Below, piece after piece: positions 12,910 through 25,994 of a DNA stretch of 64,000 nt. The stretch lies in the NCBI GenBank assembly GCA_963823665.1, contig CAWGMQ010000002.1, positions 96,001 to 160,000 of the forward strand. The letters run 5' to 3'. The notes under the pieces are model-generated. The model did no database searches. It was not told where the DNA came from and worked only from the letters and a program-made list of their open reading frames with translations. Made by a program: the position numbers and the translations under genes. The DNA is from an uncultured Planctomycetota bacterium (GTDB lineage: Bacteria > Planctomycetota > Planctomycetia > Isosphaerales > Isosphaeraceae). The stretch's first letter is position 1, and each line of letters opens with the position of its first letter.

Positions 12910-12988
12910 GATTGCACCCTTTTGACCATCGGAAATGATGAGCATCAGGATCGCAGAAACTCTCGTCGAGTCGAAGCGACGCCGATTC

Positions 12989-15900
12989 TCATTCTGGCAA
13001 TGAAGTCACCAGTTCGAGCTGCTTGCCCGATTCATGGTTCTCGCCAGGAGTGGATTCCTGCTTCTTCTGACCGAACCACTGGATCACGTAGTAAAAGACC
13101 GGTGTGAGGAAGATGCCGAACAGCGTGACCCCGAGCATGCCCGCGAAGACGGCCGTCCCGAGCGCGCGGCGCATCTCGGCACCGGCCCCCTCAGCCAGCA
13201 CCAGCGGCACGACTCCGAAGATGAACGCGAAAGACGTCATCAAGATCGGTCGCAGCCGCAGCCGGCACGCGGCGACGGTCGCTTCTGCTCGCGGCATACC
13301 TGACTCCTGGCTCTGCTTGGCGAATTCCACGATCAAAATGGCGTTCTTGCTGGCCAGGCCCACGAGCACCACGAACCCGATCTGGGTGAAAAGGCTGACA
13401 TCCATGCGGGCCAGGTAAACACCCACCAGCGAGCACAGCAAGCACATCGGCATCACCAGGATCACCGCCAGCGGCAGTTTCCAGCTCTCATACTGGGCCG
13501 CCAGCACCAGGAACACGAAGACGACCGCCAGCGCAAACGCGATCGTGGCGCTATTGCCCGCATTGAGCTGCATGTAGGCCAGCTCGGTCCAGTCGGGCGC
13601 CATCGACCGCGGCAACTCCTCGCGCGCGACTTGCTCCATGAGCGCAATCGCTTCTCCAGAGCTCGTCCCCGCCGCCGGATTGCCGGTGATCGCGGTGCTG
13701 GAATACATGTTGTAGCGCATCACCATCACCGGCCCGCTGGTGCTGCTCACGTCGAGCAGCGTGGCCAGGCGGATCATATCCCCCTTCGTGTTCCGCACCT
13801 GAAGTTGACCGATATCGCTAGGGTCGCCGCGGAACTGCTGATCGGCCTGGATGTTCACCTGCCACGACCGGCCGAAATTGTTGAAGTTGTTGACATAATA
13901 AGAACCCAGGTACACCTGCAACGTGTTGAACAGCTCGCTGACCGGCACGCCCAGAGCCACGCACTTGGTCCGGTCGATCTGGAGGTACAGCCAGGGCGTG
14001 TTGGCACGCGAGCTGTTGAAGAGGCCCTGGAGTCCCGGCGTCTGGTTGCCCCGTTCCACGATCGCATCGCTCACCCGCTGCAAATACTCCAGCCCGAGAT
14101 TCCCGCGATCCTCGATGATCAGCTTGAAGCCGCCGGTTGTGCCCAGGCCGTCGATGGGCGGAGCTCCGAACGCAGAGACGATCGCGCCGCGCACCTTGCT
14201 TTGACAGCGTCGCTTCAGATCCGCGGCAATCTCGTCGGCCGTGAGCTTGGAGCCATGCCGCTTGGAAAACTCCTCGAGCATGACGTACATCGAGCCGAGA
14301 TTGGGCGCGTTGGCATTGAGGAGCAGCGACTGGCCCGAAACGCCGACGGTGTGCTCAACCCCTGGAGTGCCCCGGGCCTCGGGGTGACCGACAATGGATG
14401 TGACGGCGTCAATCACCTGCTTTCTCTCGCTATTGGAAATCTGGTGGGGAGCCCACATGCCGGCAAGTAGCTTTTTGAGTTCTTCAATCCGCCGGGCGTG
14501 TTCTGGCAGACTTTTCTCATTGGTGTCGGCGACCAACTGGCGATCCAGATCGAAGATGCGGCAGTAAAGCGTTTGATTCACTAGAGCGACGGCGACCAGG
14601 CCCTCGCCTGCTGTCGGGATGCGGCTCACGTCGTTCGTCGGCGAAATCACCTTCAGATCGTACCCACCCGACACCTTCTCGATACGTGCCATCACGCGCT
14701 GAGTACGCTCCACCGATGCGGAATCCGGCAACTGCACGTTCAGCAGCAGATACCCTTTGTCTTGCTGCGGAACGAATCCCGTTGGTGCGTGGTTGAACTG
14801 CCAGTAAGTCAGCACCAGGAGACCGCCGTAGAGCATGAGCACGATGGCGCTGATGCGCAGCACGCCTCCGACAATGCGGCCGTAGACCGCGATCATCCGG
14901 TCGAATAGACGGTTGAATCCCCTGAACAGCCAGCCCAGGACGGCGTTCACCGGCCGGATGATCAAGAAGCCGATCACTCCACCGACGAGCGCGCCGGCGG
15001 AGAAATAGGCGGCGGTGACTCCACGAGACGTCCAGTCGGAGACTTCCGACAGCTCGGCGCCGCTGCCGGCGGCCCAGGCAGGCCAAACCGACCGGCGAGG
15101 TATTGAGGCCCGTAGTACATGACCAGCAAGCCTCCCACCACCCCGAAGATCCACCATGGCAGCGCCTCCCGCTTCAGCTCATGACCATGGGCTCGCTCCT
15201 CCGTCTTGAAGATCAGCACCGCCCGCGAGGGAGTCATCGTGAGCGCGTTCATCGCCGAGATGATTGTCGAGACCGCAATCGTCACCGCGAACTGCCTGAA
15301 GAACTGGCCCGTGATCCCACCCAGGAAACAGCACGGCACGAACACCGACGACAGCACAAGCGTGATGGCCAGAATCGGGCCGGTGATCTCTTCCATGGCC
15401 TTGATCGTGGCCGTCCGTGAGTCGAGCCCGGTGGCGATCAGCCGTTCGATGTTCTCCAGCACGACGATGGCGTCGTCGACGACGATGCCGATGGCGAGCA
15501 CCAGCCCGAAGAGCGTCAAGTTATTGAGCGAGAAGCCCATCGCCGCCATGATCGCGAACGTGCCGATCAGCGAGACGGGCACGTCGATCATGGGCAGGAT
15601 CATGGCCTTCCAGTCCTGCAAGAATACCAGTACGACGATGCCCGACCAGGATCACCGCGTCACGCAACGTCTTGAAGACCTCGTCAACCGACTCCTGAAT
15701 AAACGGGGTGGTGTCGTACACAATCTGGTAATCCACGCCGTCGGGGAAGCGGGTCTTGAGCTCCCTCATCTTGGCCTTGACGCCGGCGGCGGTGTCGAGC
15801 GCATTTGAGCCGGATAGCTGGTAGATCGAGATCGCCACCGATGGACGGCCGTCTAGGGTGCAGGACTGGTCATACTGCCTCGAGCCCAGCTCGACCCGCG

Positions 15901-16843
15901 CCACGTCGCGCAGTCGCACAATTCCGGGCACTTGAGGCAACGCGCCCTGGTTGCTCGCCCCGCCCTGATCTGCCGCCCCTCCTTCTGCCGTCTCGCCGCT
16001 CTGCCCACCCTGGCTCTGGCCTCCCGAGCCGCTCGCGCCCCCCGCTGACGACGGCATCTGCGGGTTCGACTGATTTCCGGCCTTCAGGATGATCGCTTCG
16101 AACTGCTCCGGCTCGATCAGCCGGCCCAGCGTATTGATCGTGAGCTGAAACTGCTGGCCGCGGGGAACGGGCTGCTGGCCGATCTGGCCGGCGGCGACCT
16201 GTAAGTTCTGCTGACTGATGGCCGCGACGACATCCATCGCACTCAAGTTGAGCGACGCCAGCTTCTGCGGGTCGAGCCAGGCCCGCAGGCTGTAATCTCG
16301 CTGGCCCAGATAGGTGATGCCCGCGACTCCGGGAAGCCGCCCCAGCTCATCCTTCAAGTAAATGGTCGCGTAGTTGCTCAAGAATGTGCTGTCGTACTGA
16401 CCGTCAGGGGATATCAGGTTGACGATCATCAGCGTGTTGGGCGACATCTTCTTGACGCTGATGCCCTCGTTCTGCACGAGGGGCGGTATGACCGGCAGCG
16501 CCAGCGAGACGCGATTCTGCACCAGCACCTGCGCCATGTCGGTGTCCATCCCCAGCCGGAACGTCACCGTCAGATTGTAGGCGCCGTCGTTGGTGCACTG
16601 CGACGACATGTACATCATGTTCTCGACGCCGCTGACCTGCTCCTCGATGGGCGCGGCCACGGTATTGCGCACTGTCTGCGCATTGGCACCCGGATAAATG
16701 GCCGTGACGAGCACCGTCGGCGGCGTCACCTCGGGGTACTGTGCCATCGGCAGCGTGAAGACGGCCACGCCTCCCGCCAGTACAAATACGACCGAGAGCA
16801 CGATGGCAAACACCGGACGGTCGATGAAGAAGCGCGAAATCAC
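12989..16843 (-). CDS. RND efflux permease (AcrB/HAE1 family), copy 2 in operon order; frameshifted
   Basis: GTG start (V/M)[61 protein letters not shown]. Confidence 0.92.
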
Positions 16844-19800
16844 GGCTCTTGGTCTCCATCCGGCCCACCGGAATCGACAGGAGAAACGAGGGACGATGCG
16901 TTCGCCCTGGACCGCTGCCGGATCAGTCTGATGAAGGACAAGCACCCCTAAAGCGGCCAGGCATCCCGCCGAGCCGCAGAGCCAGAGCGCCCGCGGCAAT
17001 GCGAACACGCCGAGCTGCGCCAGCACGTAGCCGATCAAGAGCCCGGCGATTCCCGACAGCAGCGTCGACCCGGCCCATCGAACCGCCGCGGTCTCCAGCA
17101 GCCGCGTCTCGGTCAATCCCTGGATCACCGAGAAGAAGACCGGCGTCAAGAAGATGCCGAACATCGTCACGCCCGACCATGCCGCTGAACACGGCAATGC
17201 CCAGCGACCGGCGCATCTCGGCGCCGGCGCCGGCGGCGATGGCCAGCGGGATCACGCCGATGATGAACGCAAACGATGTCATCAGGATCGGACGCAGCCG
17301 CAGCCGGCATGCCTCTCGCGTCGCGTCGAAGCCGAGACCAGCCCTCGAGGTGCTTCTGCTTGGCGTATTCGACGATCAGGATCGCGTTCTTGCACGCCAG
17401 CCCCACCAGCACCACCAGCCCGATCTGCACGAAAATGTTGACGTCCCGGCCCGAATAGAGCACCCCCGATACCGAGCACAACAGACACATCGGCACCACC
17501 AGGATCACCGCCAGCGGCAGCGCCCAGCTTTCGTACAGGGCCGCCAGAGCCAGGAAGACGCTGGCCACCGCCAGCGCGAAAACGAACAACGCGGGGTTCT
17601 TTTCCGCCGCCCGGATCTGCACGAACATCAGCTCGGTCCACTCCTCCCTCATCGACAAGCGGCAGGCTGTCGTGGGACGCAGCGTTGATGGCCTTGATGG
17701 CGTCTCCCGAGCTGAATCCCGGCAGCATGTTGCCGGTGATTGACGCAGACGTGTACAGGTTATAGCGCGTGACGACGATGGGCCCGCCACGATCGCTTTT
17801 CACCTGATTCACGTTGACCAGGGTGCCGAGCGGGACCATCTCGCCACGGTTGTTCCGTACCTGGAACAGGTTCAAGGCCTCGATCCGGTTGCGGTATTCG
17901 CCCTCTGCCTGGACAGTCACCTGCCAGTGGCGGCCGAACTGGTTGAAGCTGTTGACGTACAGCGAGCCCAGGAGCATCGACAGCGTCTGATTGACGTCCT
18001 CGAACGCGACTCCCAGGGCAACGGCCTTGGTCCGGTCGATGTCCAGCCAGATCGACGGCGCGTTGGAGCGGAACCCGGTCGCTACGTCGGCCAGACCGGG
18101 CAGGCTCCGCAGCCTGCGCGTCAAGAGGTCGGTCTCGGTCTGCAGATCGGTGAGTCCGCGGCCGCCGCGGTCCTCGACCATGATCTTGAACCCGCCCGCA
18201 ACGCCCAGGCCCGGGATCGGCGAGGAATTTCGCACGCTGACGATGGCATCCTTGACCCGCTTTCTGTACTCGGGTATCAGCCGGGCCATGATGTCATCGG
18301 CGTGCAGCCCGAGAGGGGCCAGATCGAGAATCGACTGCCAGCGCCTCGATCACCCGGCGCTTCTCGCGCCCCGTCAGCTCATGAGGAGCCCACAAGCCCG
18401 CAAGCCGCTCTCCTTCAGACGTTCGATTTCTCCGGCCTGTCCCAGAAGCTTCTTCTCATCCGTGTCGACAACCGGCTTGCCCTGGCGGTCGAACACGCGG
18501 AAATGGAGCACGTCATTGACGGAGGCCACGATGTTCAGGTCGTTGCCTGCTGACGGGATCTCAGTGACGTCCTCGAGCGCAGGCATCAATCGTACGTCAG
18601 ACCCGACGGCGGGTCTCGGCTTGCCGAACGTGCCCTCCCGGATCCGCCTGGGCCACGCCAGCAAGTCGGCGAACAATCCTCGGGGCCTCCGTTCGTCGAA
18701 CGGCTCCAGGACGACGAACATCGAGCCGAAATTGGAGGCGTTGGACTGGAGCAGAAACGACATTCCCGCGAGGCTGACCGCGTGGGCCACGCCCGGCGTC
18801 GCGAGCGTGATCTTGTCGACCAGGGCCATGGCCTCCTTGCGTGCGCTGCAGCGATGCCGAGTCGGGCAACTGCACGCTGAGGATCAGCCGGCCCTGGTCT
18901 TGCTGGGGAATGAAGCCCGTGGGTGCCTGCTGGAAGACCCGATACGAAAGCGCCACCAGGCCGCCGTAGACGAGCAACACGACGAGACTGATGCGCAGCA
19001 GCCTGCCGACCAACCAACTGTACCCGTGGGTGACGATGTCGAACAAGCGGTTAAAGCCCCGGAAGAGCCAGCCCAGGACCGCATTCACCGGCCGAATGAT
19101 CAACCAGCCGACCAACCCGCCGACTAGCAGCGCCCGGAGGCGCGAAGTATGCGACCGTTATCGCCCAGTACATCCAGCCGGTGCCTTCCGCCTTGCCGGT
19201 TTCACTGGAGGAGGCAGGGAGACCAAACCGCCCGCCCAGATAGTCTGGCCCGTAGAGCACAGTCAACAGACCGCCTACCAGGGCGAAGAACCACCAGGGC
19301 AACGCCTCACGCTTCAGCTCATGGCCACCGTGAGCCGCTTGCTCGGTCTTGAAGATCAGCACGGCCCGCGAAGGCGTCATGGTCAGCGCGTTCACAGCCG
19401 AGATGATCGTCGACACGGCGATCGTCACCGCGAACTGCCGGAAGAACTGGCCCGTGATCCCGCCCAGGAAACAGCACGGCACGAACACCGACGAAAGCGC
19501 CAGCGTGATGGCCAGAATCGGGCCGGTGATCTCCTCCATGGCCTTGATCGTGGCGGTCCGCGCGTCGAGCCCCGTCGCCATCATCCGCTCGACGTTTTCC
19601 AGCACCACGATCGCATCGTCGACCACGATGCCGATCGCCAGGACCAGTCCGAATAGCGTCAGGTTGTTGAGCGAAAAGCCCATCGCCGCCATGATCGCGA
19701 ACGTGCCGATCAGCGAGACGGGCACGTCGATCATGGGCAGGATCATGGCCCTCCAGTCCTGCAGGAACACGAGCACCACGATGCCGACCAGGATCACCGC

Positions 19801-20864
19801 GTCGCGCAGCGTCTTGAAGACTTCGAAGACCGACTCGCGGATGTACGGGGTCGTGTCGTAGGCGATTTCGTAGTCCAGTCCCTCCGGAAAGCGGGTCTTG
19901 AGCTCTTCCATCTTCAGCCGCACCCGGTCGGCAACGTCAAGCGCATTGGTGCCGGGAAGCTGGTAGATGGAGAGGCCCACCGACTGGTGGCCGTCGAACG
20001 TGCAAGACTGGTTGTAGTTCTGCGCGCCCAGCTCCATCCGCGCCACGTCACGCAGGCGGACGATCCCCGTCGCTGGATCGTCCGAATCAATCGAGCCGGC
20101 CTTGACCACGATCGCCCCGAACTGCTCCGGAGTCGTGAGCCGGCCCAGCGTGTCGATCGGCAACTGGAACGTGTTGACCCTGGGCGCGGGCATCTGGCCG
20201 ATCTGGCCGGCGGGCGCATCGATGTTCTCGGTGCGGATGGCGTTGGCCACATCCATGGCGGTCATGCTGCGCGACGGCCAGCTCCTGCGGCTTGAGCCAG
20301 GCGCGGATGCTGTAGTCGCGCTGGCCCATGTAAGTTGATGTCGGAGACGCCGTAGACGCGCAACAGCTCGTCCTTGACGTAGATCGTGGCGTAGTTGCTC
20401 AGGTAGATGTCGTCATAGCGATCGTCGGGCGAGAAGAAGTTGACGATCATCAAGATATCGGGCGTTCTCTTGCGGATCGTGATCCCCTGGTTCTGGACTT
20501 CGGGCGGCAACTGCGGCATGGCGAGCGCCACGCGGTTCTGCACCATGACCAGGGCCGAATTGACGTCGGTGCCGATATCGAAGGTGACGGTCAGCGTGTA
20601 CGACCCGTCGTTGCCCATCTGCGAGGACATGTAGAGCATGCCCTCGACGCCGTTGACCTGCTGCTCGATCACCGCGGCCACCGTGTCGGCCACGACCGGG
20701 GCACTGGCCCCGGGGTAGTTGATCGTCACCGAGATCCCGGGGGGAGTGATCCGGGGATACTGCGCCATCGGCAGCCAGACCAGGGAGATCCCGCCGATCA
20801 AGGTGATCACGACCGAGAGCACCGTCGCAAAGATCGGTCGATCGATGAAGAATCTGGAGAGCAT
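16840..20864 (-). CDS. RND efflux permease (AcrB/HAE1 family), copy 1 in operon order; frameshifted
   Basis: [60 protein letters not shown]; extra C-terminal TM hairpin; probable GTGA overlap with the next gene. Confidence 0.9.
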
Positions 20865-20880
20865 GCCGCGCGGCCCTCGA

Positions 20881-23323
20881 TCACTCGGCTTTATCGACTG
20901 CCGGCAACACCGACGAGCCGGGCGCTGCCGACGGTTGAGCAGCCCGGGCGGCTGGGCCGAGCGTCGGCATCGGCACCCGTTCCGGTTTGATCTTCCCACC
21001 CTGCCGGGTCTGCAAGATTCCGCCGCTCAAGACCCAGTCGTCCGGCTTCGAGTCCCTCTTCGACCGCCCTCAAGCCGTCGGGCTGAAGGGCGCCCGTCGT
21101 GATCCGGCGCGACTGGACCTTGTCTTCGGCATCGAGCACGTAGACGTACTTCTGCCCCTCGTGATCCGACGCAATGGCCCGGTCGATCACCAGGAGCGCA
21201 CGGTGAGGCTCCCCGATCGGCAGACGGATTCTCACGAACCGGCCCGGCGCCATCAGCCGGTGGCCGCTCTTGAGCATTGGGGTTGGCGAAGACACCTCGC
21301 ACCAGGATGCTGCCCGTCGTGGGATTGACCTGGTTGTCGACGAAGTTGATGGTCCCCTGGTGCGGGTAGCCCTCCTCGCCCTGGAGCCCCATGAGGACCG
21401 GTATCTTGGTACGGTCCTTGGGCAGCCGCAGCTTCCCTTCGTTGAGTGCCCTGCGATGGCGCAGCAGGGTGGGCTCGTCCATCTCGAAGTGAACGTAAAT
21501 CGGGTCGACCGACACGATCGTGGTCAAGCGTGTCTGGTTCTGGGTGACCAGGTTGCCCAGGGTTTTGCGGTAGTAGCTGATCTGGCCGTCGATGGGCGAG
21601 AGCACCCGCGTGAATTCGTGGTTCGAGCCGGGAGATCTCCATGCTTTTTTCATAGGCATCGACCCTGGCCTGGGCCTCATCGGCGATCGCCTCGTCCTGA
21701 TCAATCTGCTGCGGGCTGACCGAGCTGGGCCGGATCAGGTTGACGGCCCGGTCACGGGCAAGGGTTGTCCTGGCCAGCTTGAGCTGGGCCTGATAGAGAT
21801 TGACCTGGCCCTGGGCCTGGTCGAGCTGGGCTTTGTAGGGCCGGCGATCAACCACGAACAGCAAGTCTCCTTCCTTCACCTCGGCCCCTTCTTGAAACGG
21901 CATCTGGACCAGGTAGCCGGTGACCATGGGGATGATGTCCACGGTCTGAACGGCCTTGGTCTGGCCGGTAAAGTCGACGTAGTCGGTGATTTCCCTGCGA
22001 AATCGGCCTGGCTGACCGGCAGCACCGGCGGACTGGCTGGAACCGGCTTTGGCCGACTTGGTCTTGGGCTCCGCCGCTTTTTGATCGGCCACGACCGGCT
22101 GGCCGAACATCGGCATCGCCACCCGCTCCGGCCGGATCAGCATTCGCGGCCGGATCTGCAAGAGGGCGCCGCTGACGATCCATTCGTCCGGCTTCAACCC
22201 GTCTTCGATCACCCTCAGGTCGTCGTCCTCGAGCGCACCGGCAGTGACCCGGCGGGACTGAACCTTGTTGTCGGCATCGAGCACGTAGACGTACTTCAGC
22301 CCCTGATCCGACGCAATCGCTCGATTTCGCACCAGGAGCGCCCGGTGCGGCAGGCTGATCGGCAGGCGGATTCTGCGCGAACATACCGGGCGAGATCAGT
22401 CGCCGGCCCCCCTTGGGCAGCGGGTTCGGGAATACAGCTCGCAGCAGAGTGGTGCCCGTCGCTGCATTGCTCTGGTTGTTGACCAGGTTGACGGTCCCCT
22501 GGTGCGGGAAGCCGATCTCCCCTTGCAGCTCCATGGAGACCGGCATCGGCTCGATCCTTGGTCGACTCGCCCTTCCGTTCGTTCGATCGGCCTTCAGGTA
22601 TCGCGTCGAGCGTGGGCTCGTCCACCTCGAAGTAAACGTACATCGGGTCCACCGACACGACCGTGGTCAAGAGCGTCTGATCCTGGTTGACCAGGTTGCC
22701 CTTGGTCATGTAGTAACGGCTGATCTGGCCGTCGATCGGCGACAAGACCTTGGTGAATTCGTAGCTGAGCTTGTAGAGCTCCATGCTCCTCTGGGCGGCG
22801 TCGACCCTGGCACGGGCCTCGTCGACCACCGCCTGCTCCTGGTCAAATTGCTGCGAGCTGACCGAGCCAGGCGAGCGGACGTTGATGGCCCGATTCCGGG
22901 CCAGGGTTCGTCCTGGCCAGCCTGAGCGAGGCCTTGTTGAGATCGACCTGGCCTTGAGCCTGGTCGAGCTGGGCCTTGTAAGGCCGGGGATCGACCTCGA
23001 ACAGCAGGTCTCCCTTCTTGACCTCCGCTCCTTCCACGAACGGCATCTGGACCAGGTAGCCGGTGACCTGGGGGATGATCTCGTTCGAGAAGATGCCCTT
23101 GGTTTGCCCGGTGAATTCCGCGTAGTCGGTGACTTCCCTCTGGAACGGGCTGGCTGACCGGCACCACCGGCGGCTCTGCCGGCGCGATCTTCGCCGCATT
23201 TGACTGACAGCCAGCAACACCAGCCGCGAGTGTGCAGGAAACACCGAAGCACAGCAACACTCGCCAGGTCTTCGACCCGGTCGGGCAGAGGGATTTCAGG
23301 CGAACGTGGCGTGGGGCGCTCAT
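20881..23323 (-). CDS. RND periplasmic adaptor (MFP) lipoprotein with two tandem MFP modules; frameshifted
   Basis: Lipobox-like LAAGVAGC. Module 1: REVTDYAEFTGQ...VTGYLVQMPFVEGAEVKKGDLLFEVDPRPY. Module 2: REITDYVDFTGQ...VTGYLVQMPFQEGAEVKEGDLLFVVDRRPY. Confidence 0.85.
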
Positions 23324-24083
23324 ATTTGATCCAACCCCGGTAAGAGAGAATGGTGGCGGGCGTTTAATTATAAATCAAACTCGTCAAGCAGCACCGAGGT
23401 GTGAAATGCGGGGCGTCTAGGGAAATCATTCCAACGAAGATCTCACACATTACCATAAAGAACCGAGACGATGATATGCCCCCAGAGACAAGGAAGAACT
23501 TTCTCGATCCGAGCCAGAATGTGGCGATTCGGTCGGCAGTGCACTCAGGATACGCGTTCGCGCGGGCTCGTCGCTCGTTCGGCCTCTGAAGAGCCGGCCC
23601 GGCGCATTCCGGCAAGAAATATTTACACCCGCCGTCCCGAGTACCCACTACAACGTGGCGTGAGCGGAGTTCATAATACTGCGTTCCCAGCTTGATGATG
23701 GGCCGCTATGGTGGCTTCCCCGCACGGAGATGCCGACGGCCCACGGTTGGGCGTTCTCTCGCCTGGCGCTAGGAGGACAAAGTCCGATGCACACTCGTAG
23801 AAGACTCCTGCTCCGTTTCGTCGTCTGCTGTGCCACGATGTCGCTGTTCGTCGCGACGGCGACGGTGTTCGCCGAGGAGCTGATTGGCGCGCTCACCAAA
23901 GTCGACGTCGAGGGCAAGAAGATCACGGTTGTTGACAAGGACGACAAGGAAACCGAGATCAAAGTCACCGACGAAACCGAGTACCCCACGAAGAAGGATA
24001 CCAAATACGACCTCGAGAAACTGAACGGCTTGGTCAAGGAACGGACCGATGCCGGTAAGAAAGTAAACGTCAAAGTAACTTAT

Positions 24084-25994
24084 GACGTCTCCGACAAAAG
24101 TTCGTCGAGTTTAGTTTTCTGCGCAAGTTAATGTAAAATCTGAGTTTATGTCCATTTCTCCCTTGACTCTAGCGAGGCGCACCTCTACATTCAAGTATCC
24201 CCTGCGAAAGGAGTTGCGCCCGCCATGATCCACATCGTTGACCCGCGGCAAAACCGCCTGTTCGACCCCTTCGAGGGCGTCATACCTCCCGCCGGTCAAC
24301 GGATCATCAGCTCGGGCTGGCAGGGAGTCTTTCGACACGTCCTCCTCAAACTGATGCCCGTAGGTCAACTGGCCCAGCATTTCAGCCGGGAACTGGGAGC
24401 CCCCACCAAGGAACTGTACTCGATGGCCGGCTTGGTCTTCATGACCGACTTCTTCGACTGGACCGCCCAAGAGGCCGCCGAGGCTTACATCTTCCGCAGC
24501 GACGTCCAATACGCCCTTAACTTGGAGCCCGGCGTTGAAGTGTCGTCGCGCACGGTCGAGCGTTACCAAAAGCTCTTTCGCGAGAACGAACTGGCCGCTC
24601 AGGTCTTCCACGACGTGACGATTGGACTGGCGGAAAAGCTCGAACTCGACATCTCCCGCCAGCGGCTCGACTCGACCCACGTCTTTTCTCACATGGCCAG
24701 CTTTGGTCGCACCAAGCTGATGGCCGTGGCAATCAAGCGGTTCCTGACCCAGGTGATCCGGCATGCCCCTGAGCGGTACGCCGCGTTGCCCGCGGAGTTC
24801 TGCGGGCGCTACGAACCGGCAGAATCGCAGTTGTTCGCCGCCGCCAAGGATGCCGAGGCTCGACAGCGGTCGCGGCAGCAAGCAGCCGAGGACTTGTGCT
24901 GGATCATCGACCACTTCGCCAATTGTCCCGACATGACGGCCCGGTCGAGCTACAAGGCCCTAGTCACGATCTTCAGCCAGCAGTGCGAACTGAGTGAGGG
25001 CAAAGTTGTCGTGAAGGCCAAGACCGGCGGTGACTGCGTTCAGAACCCGTCCGACCTCAGCGCCGGCTACGACGCCCACAAAGGTAAGGGCTATCAGGTG
25101 CAGATCACCGAGACGTGCAGCTCTGAGAACGAGGTGCAGTTGATCACAGGCGCTCTGCCGCAGGGTGCCGCGGAGCACGACGGCACGGCGGTGGTGCCGA
25201 TGCTCGATCAACTCGAAGACTCGAAGTTGTTGCCCGAGGAGATGCTGGCTGACACGCTCTACTGCGGCGACGAGAACGTACAAGCGGCCGAGGACCGCGG
25301 CGTGGAGCTGGTCGGACCGATCCCCGGTCGGGAGCCGGCAAGCGACCCTGGGCGCTGACGCTGGACGACTTCGCGGTGGATGAACGGACCGGGCGGGTGG
25401 AAGCCTGTCCGCAAGGGCACATGCCGCTTGTGGTCGAGCGGAACGAAGAAGTAGGCACGACGCGAATCCAGATGGCGGCGGCAGCGTGCGAAGGATGCCC
25501 GTTCCGCACGTCGTGCCCGATCCACCAAACGCGGGATGGTCGCTACGAGCTGGATTTCAGTGACAAGGATCATCGGATGGCTGGGCGTCGCCGGGAACAA
25601 GAGACACCGGTATTCGCGGAGCGGTACAGGATGCGCTCGGGCATCGAGTCGACCAATAGCGGCTTGAAGAATCGGCTGAGGTTGGAACGTCTGCGAGTGC
25701 GAGGCCGCGGGAGTGTGTTCCGTGTGATCCTGCACAAAGTGGCGGGCTGGAACGTGCTACGGGCGGCAGCGTCGAAGAAGCTGCGCGCGTGGGTGAGCCG
25801 CGAAGTGGCCCAGACGCTGAAAGGAGCTGAATCTGGGCCAACTGGGCGACTCTGCGCGCTCGTTCTGAGGCTGTGGGACGGTTTTCAGATGATTTTCCGC
25901 GGTTCTCACGGCTGTTCGGTTGATCTTGGAGGCTGTTGGGCCGCTTGAGCGTGCATCACTGACAATTCACAGGCGGCATTCTGTCGGCAGCGTC
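24084..25994 (+). mobile_element. Insertion sequence, IS1182-like, 1911 bp
   Basis: Imperfect terminal IRs gacgtctccgacaaaa / rc gacgctgccgacagaa; flanking direct repeat ACTTAT at 24078-24083 and 25995-26000. Confidence 0.9.
24225..25948 (+). CDS. DDE transposase (IS1182-like), frameshift near 25350
   Basis: QRLDSTHV, QNPSDLSAGYDAHKGKGYQVQITETC, LADTLYC, CPQGH...CEGCPFRTSC, YRMRSGIESTNSGLK. Confidence 0.9.

Noticed and set aside
15521..17197. Apparent in-frame fusion of the two RND pumps
   Set aside because: A single 1-bp correction near 16927 gives a natural tail (..[28 protein letters not shown]) whose TGA overlaps the next GTG start, which has its own GGAG RBS.
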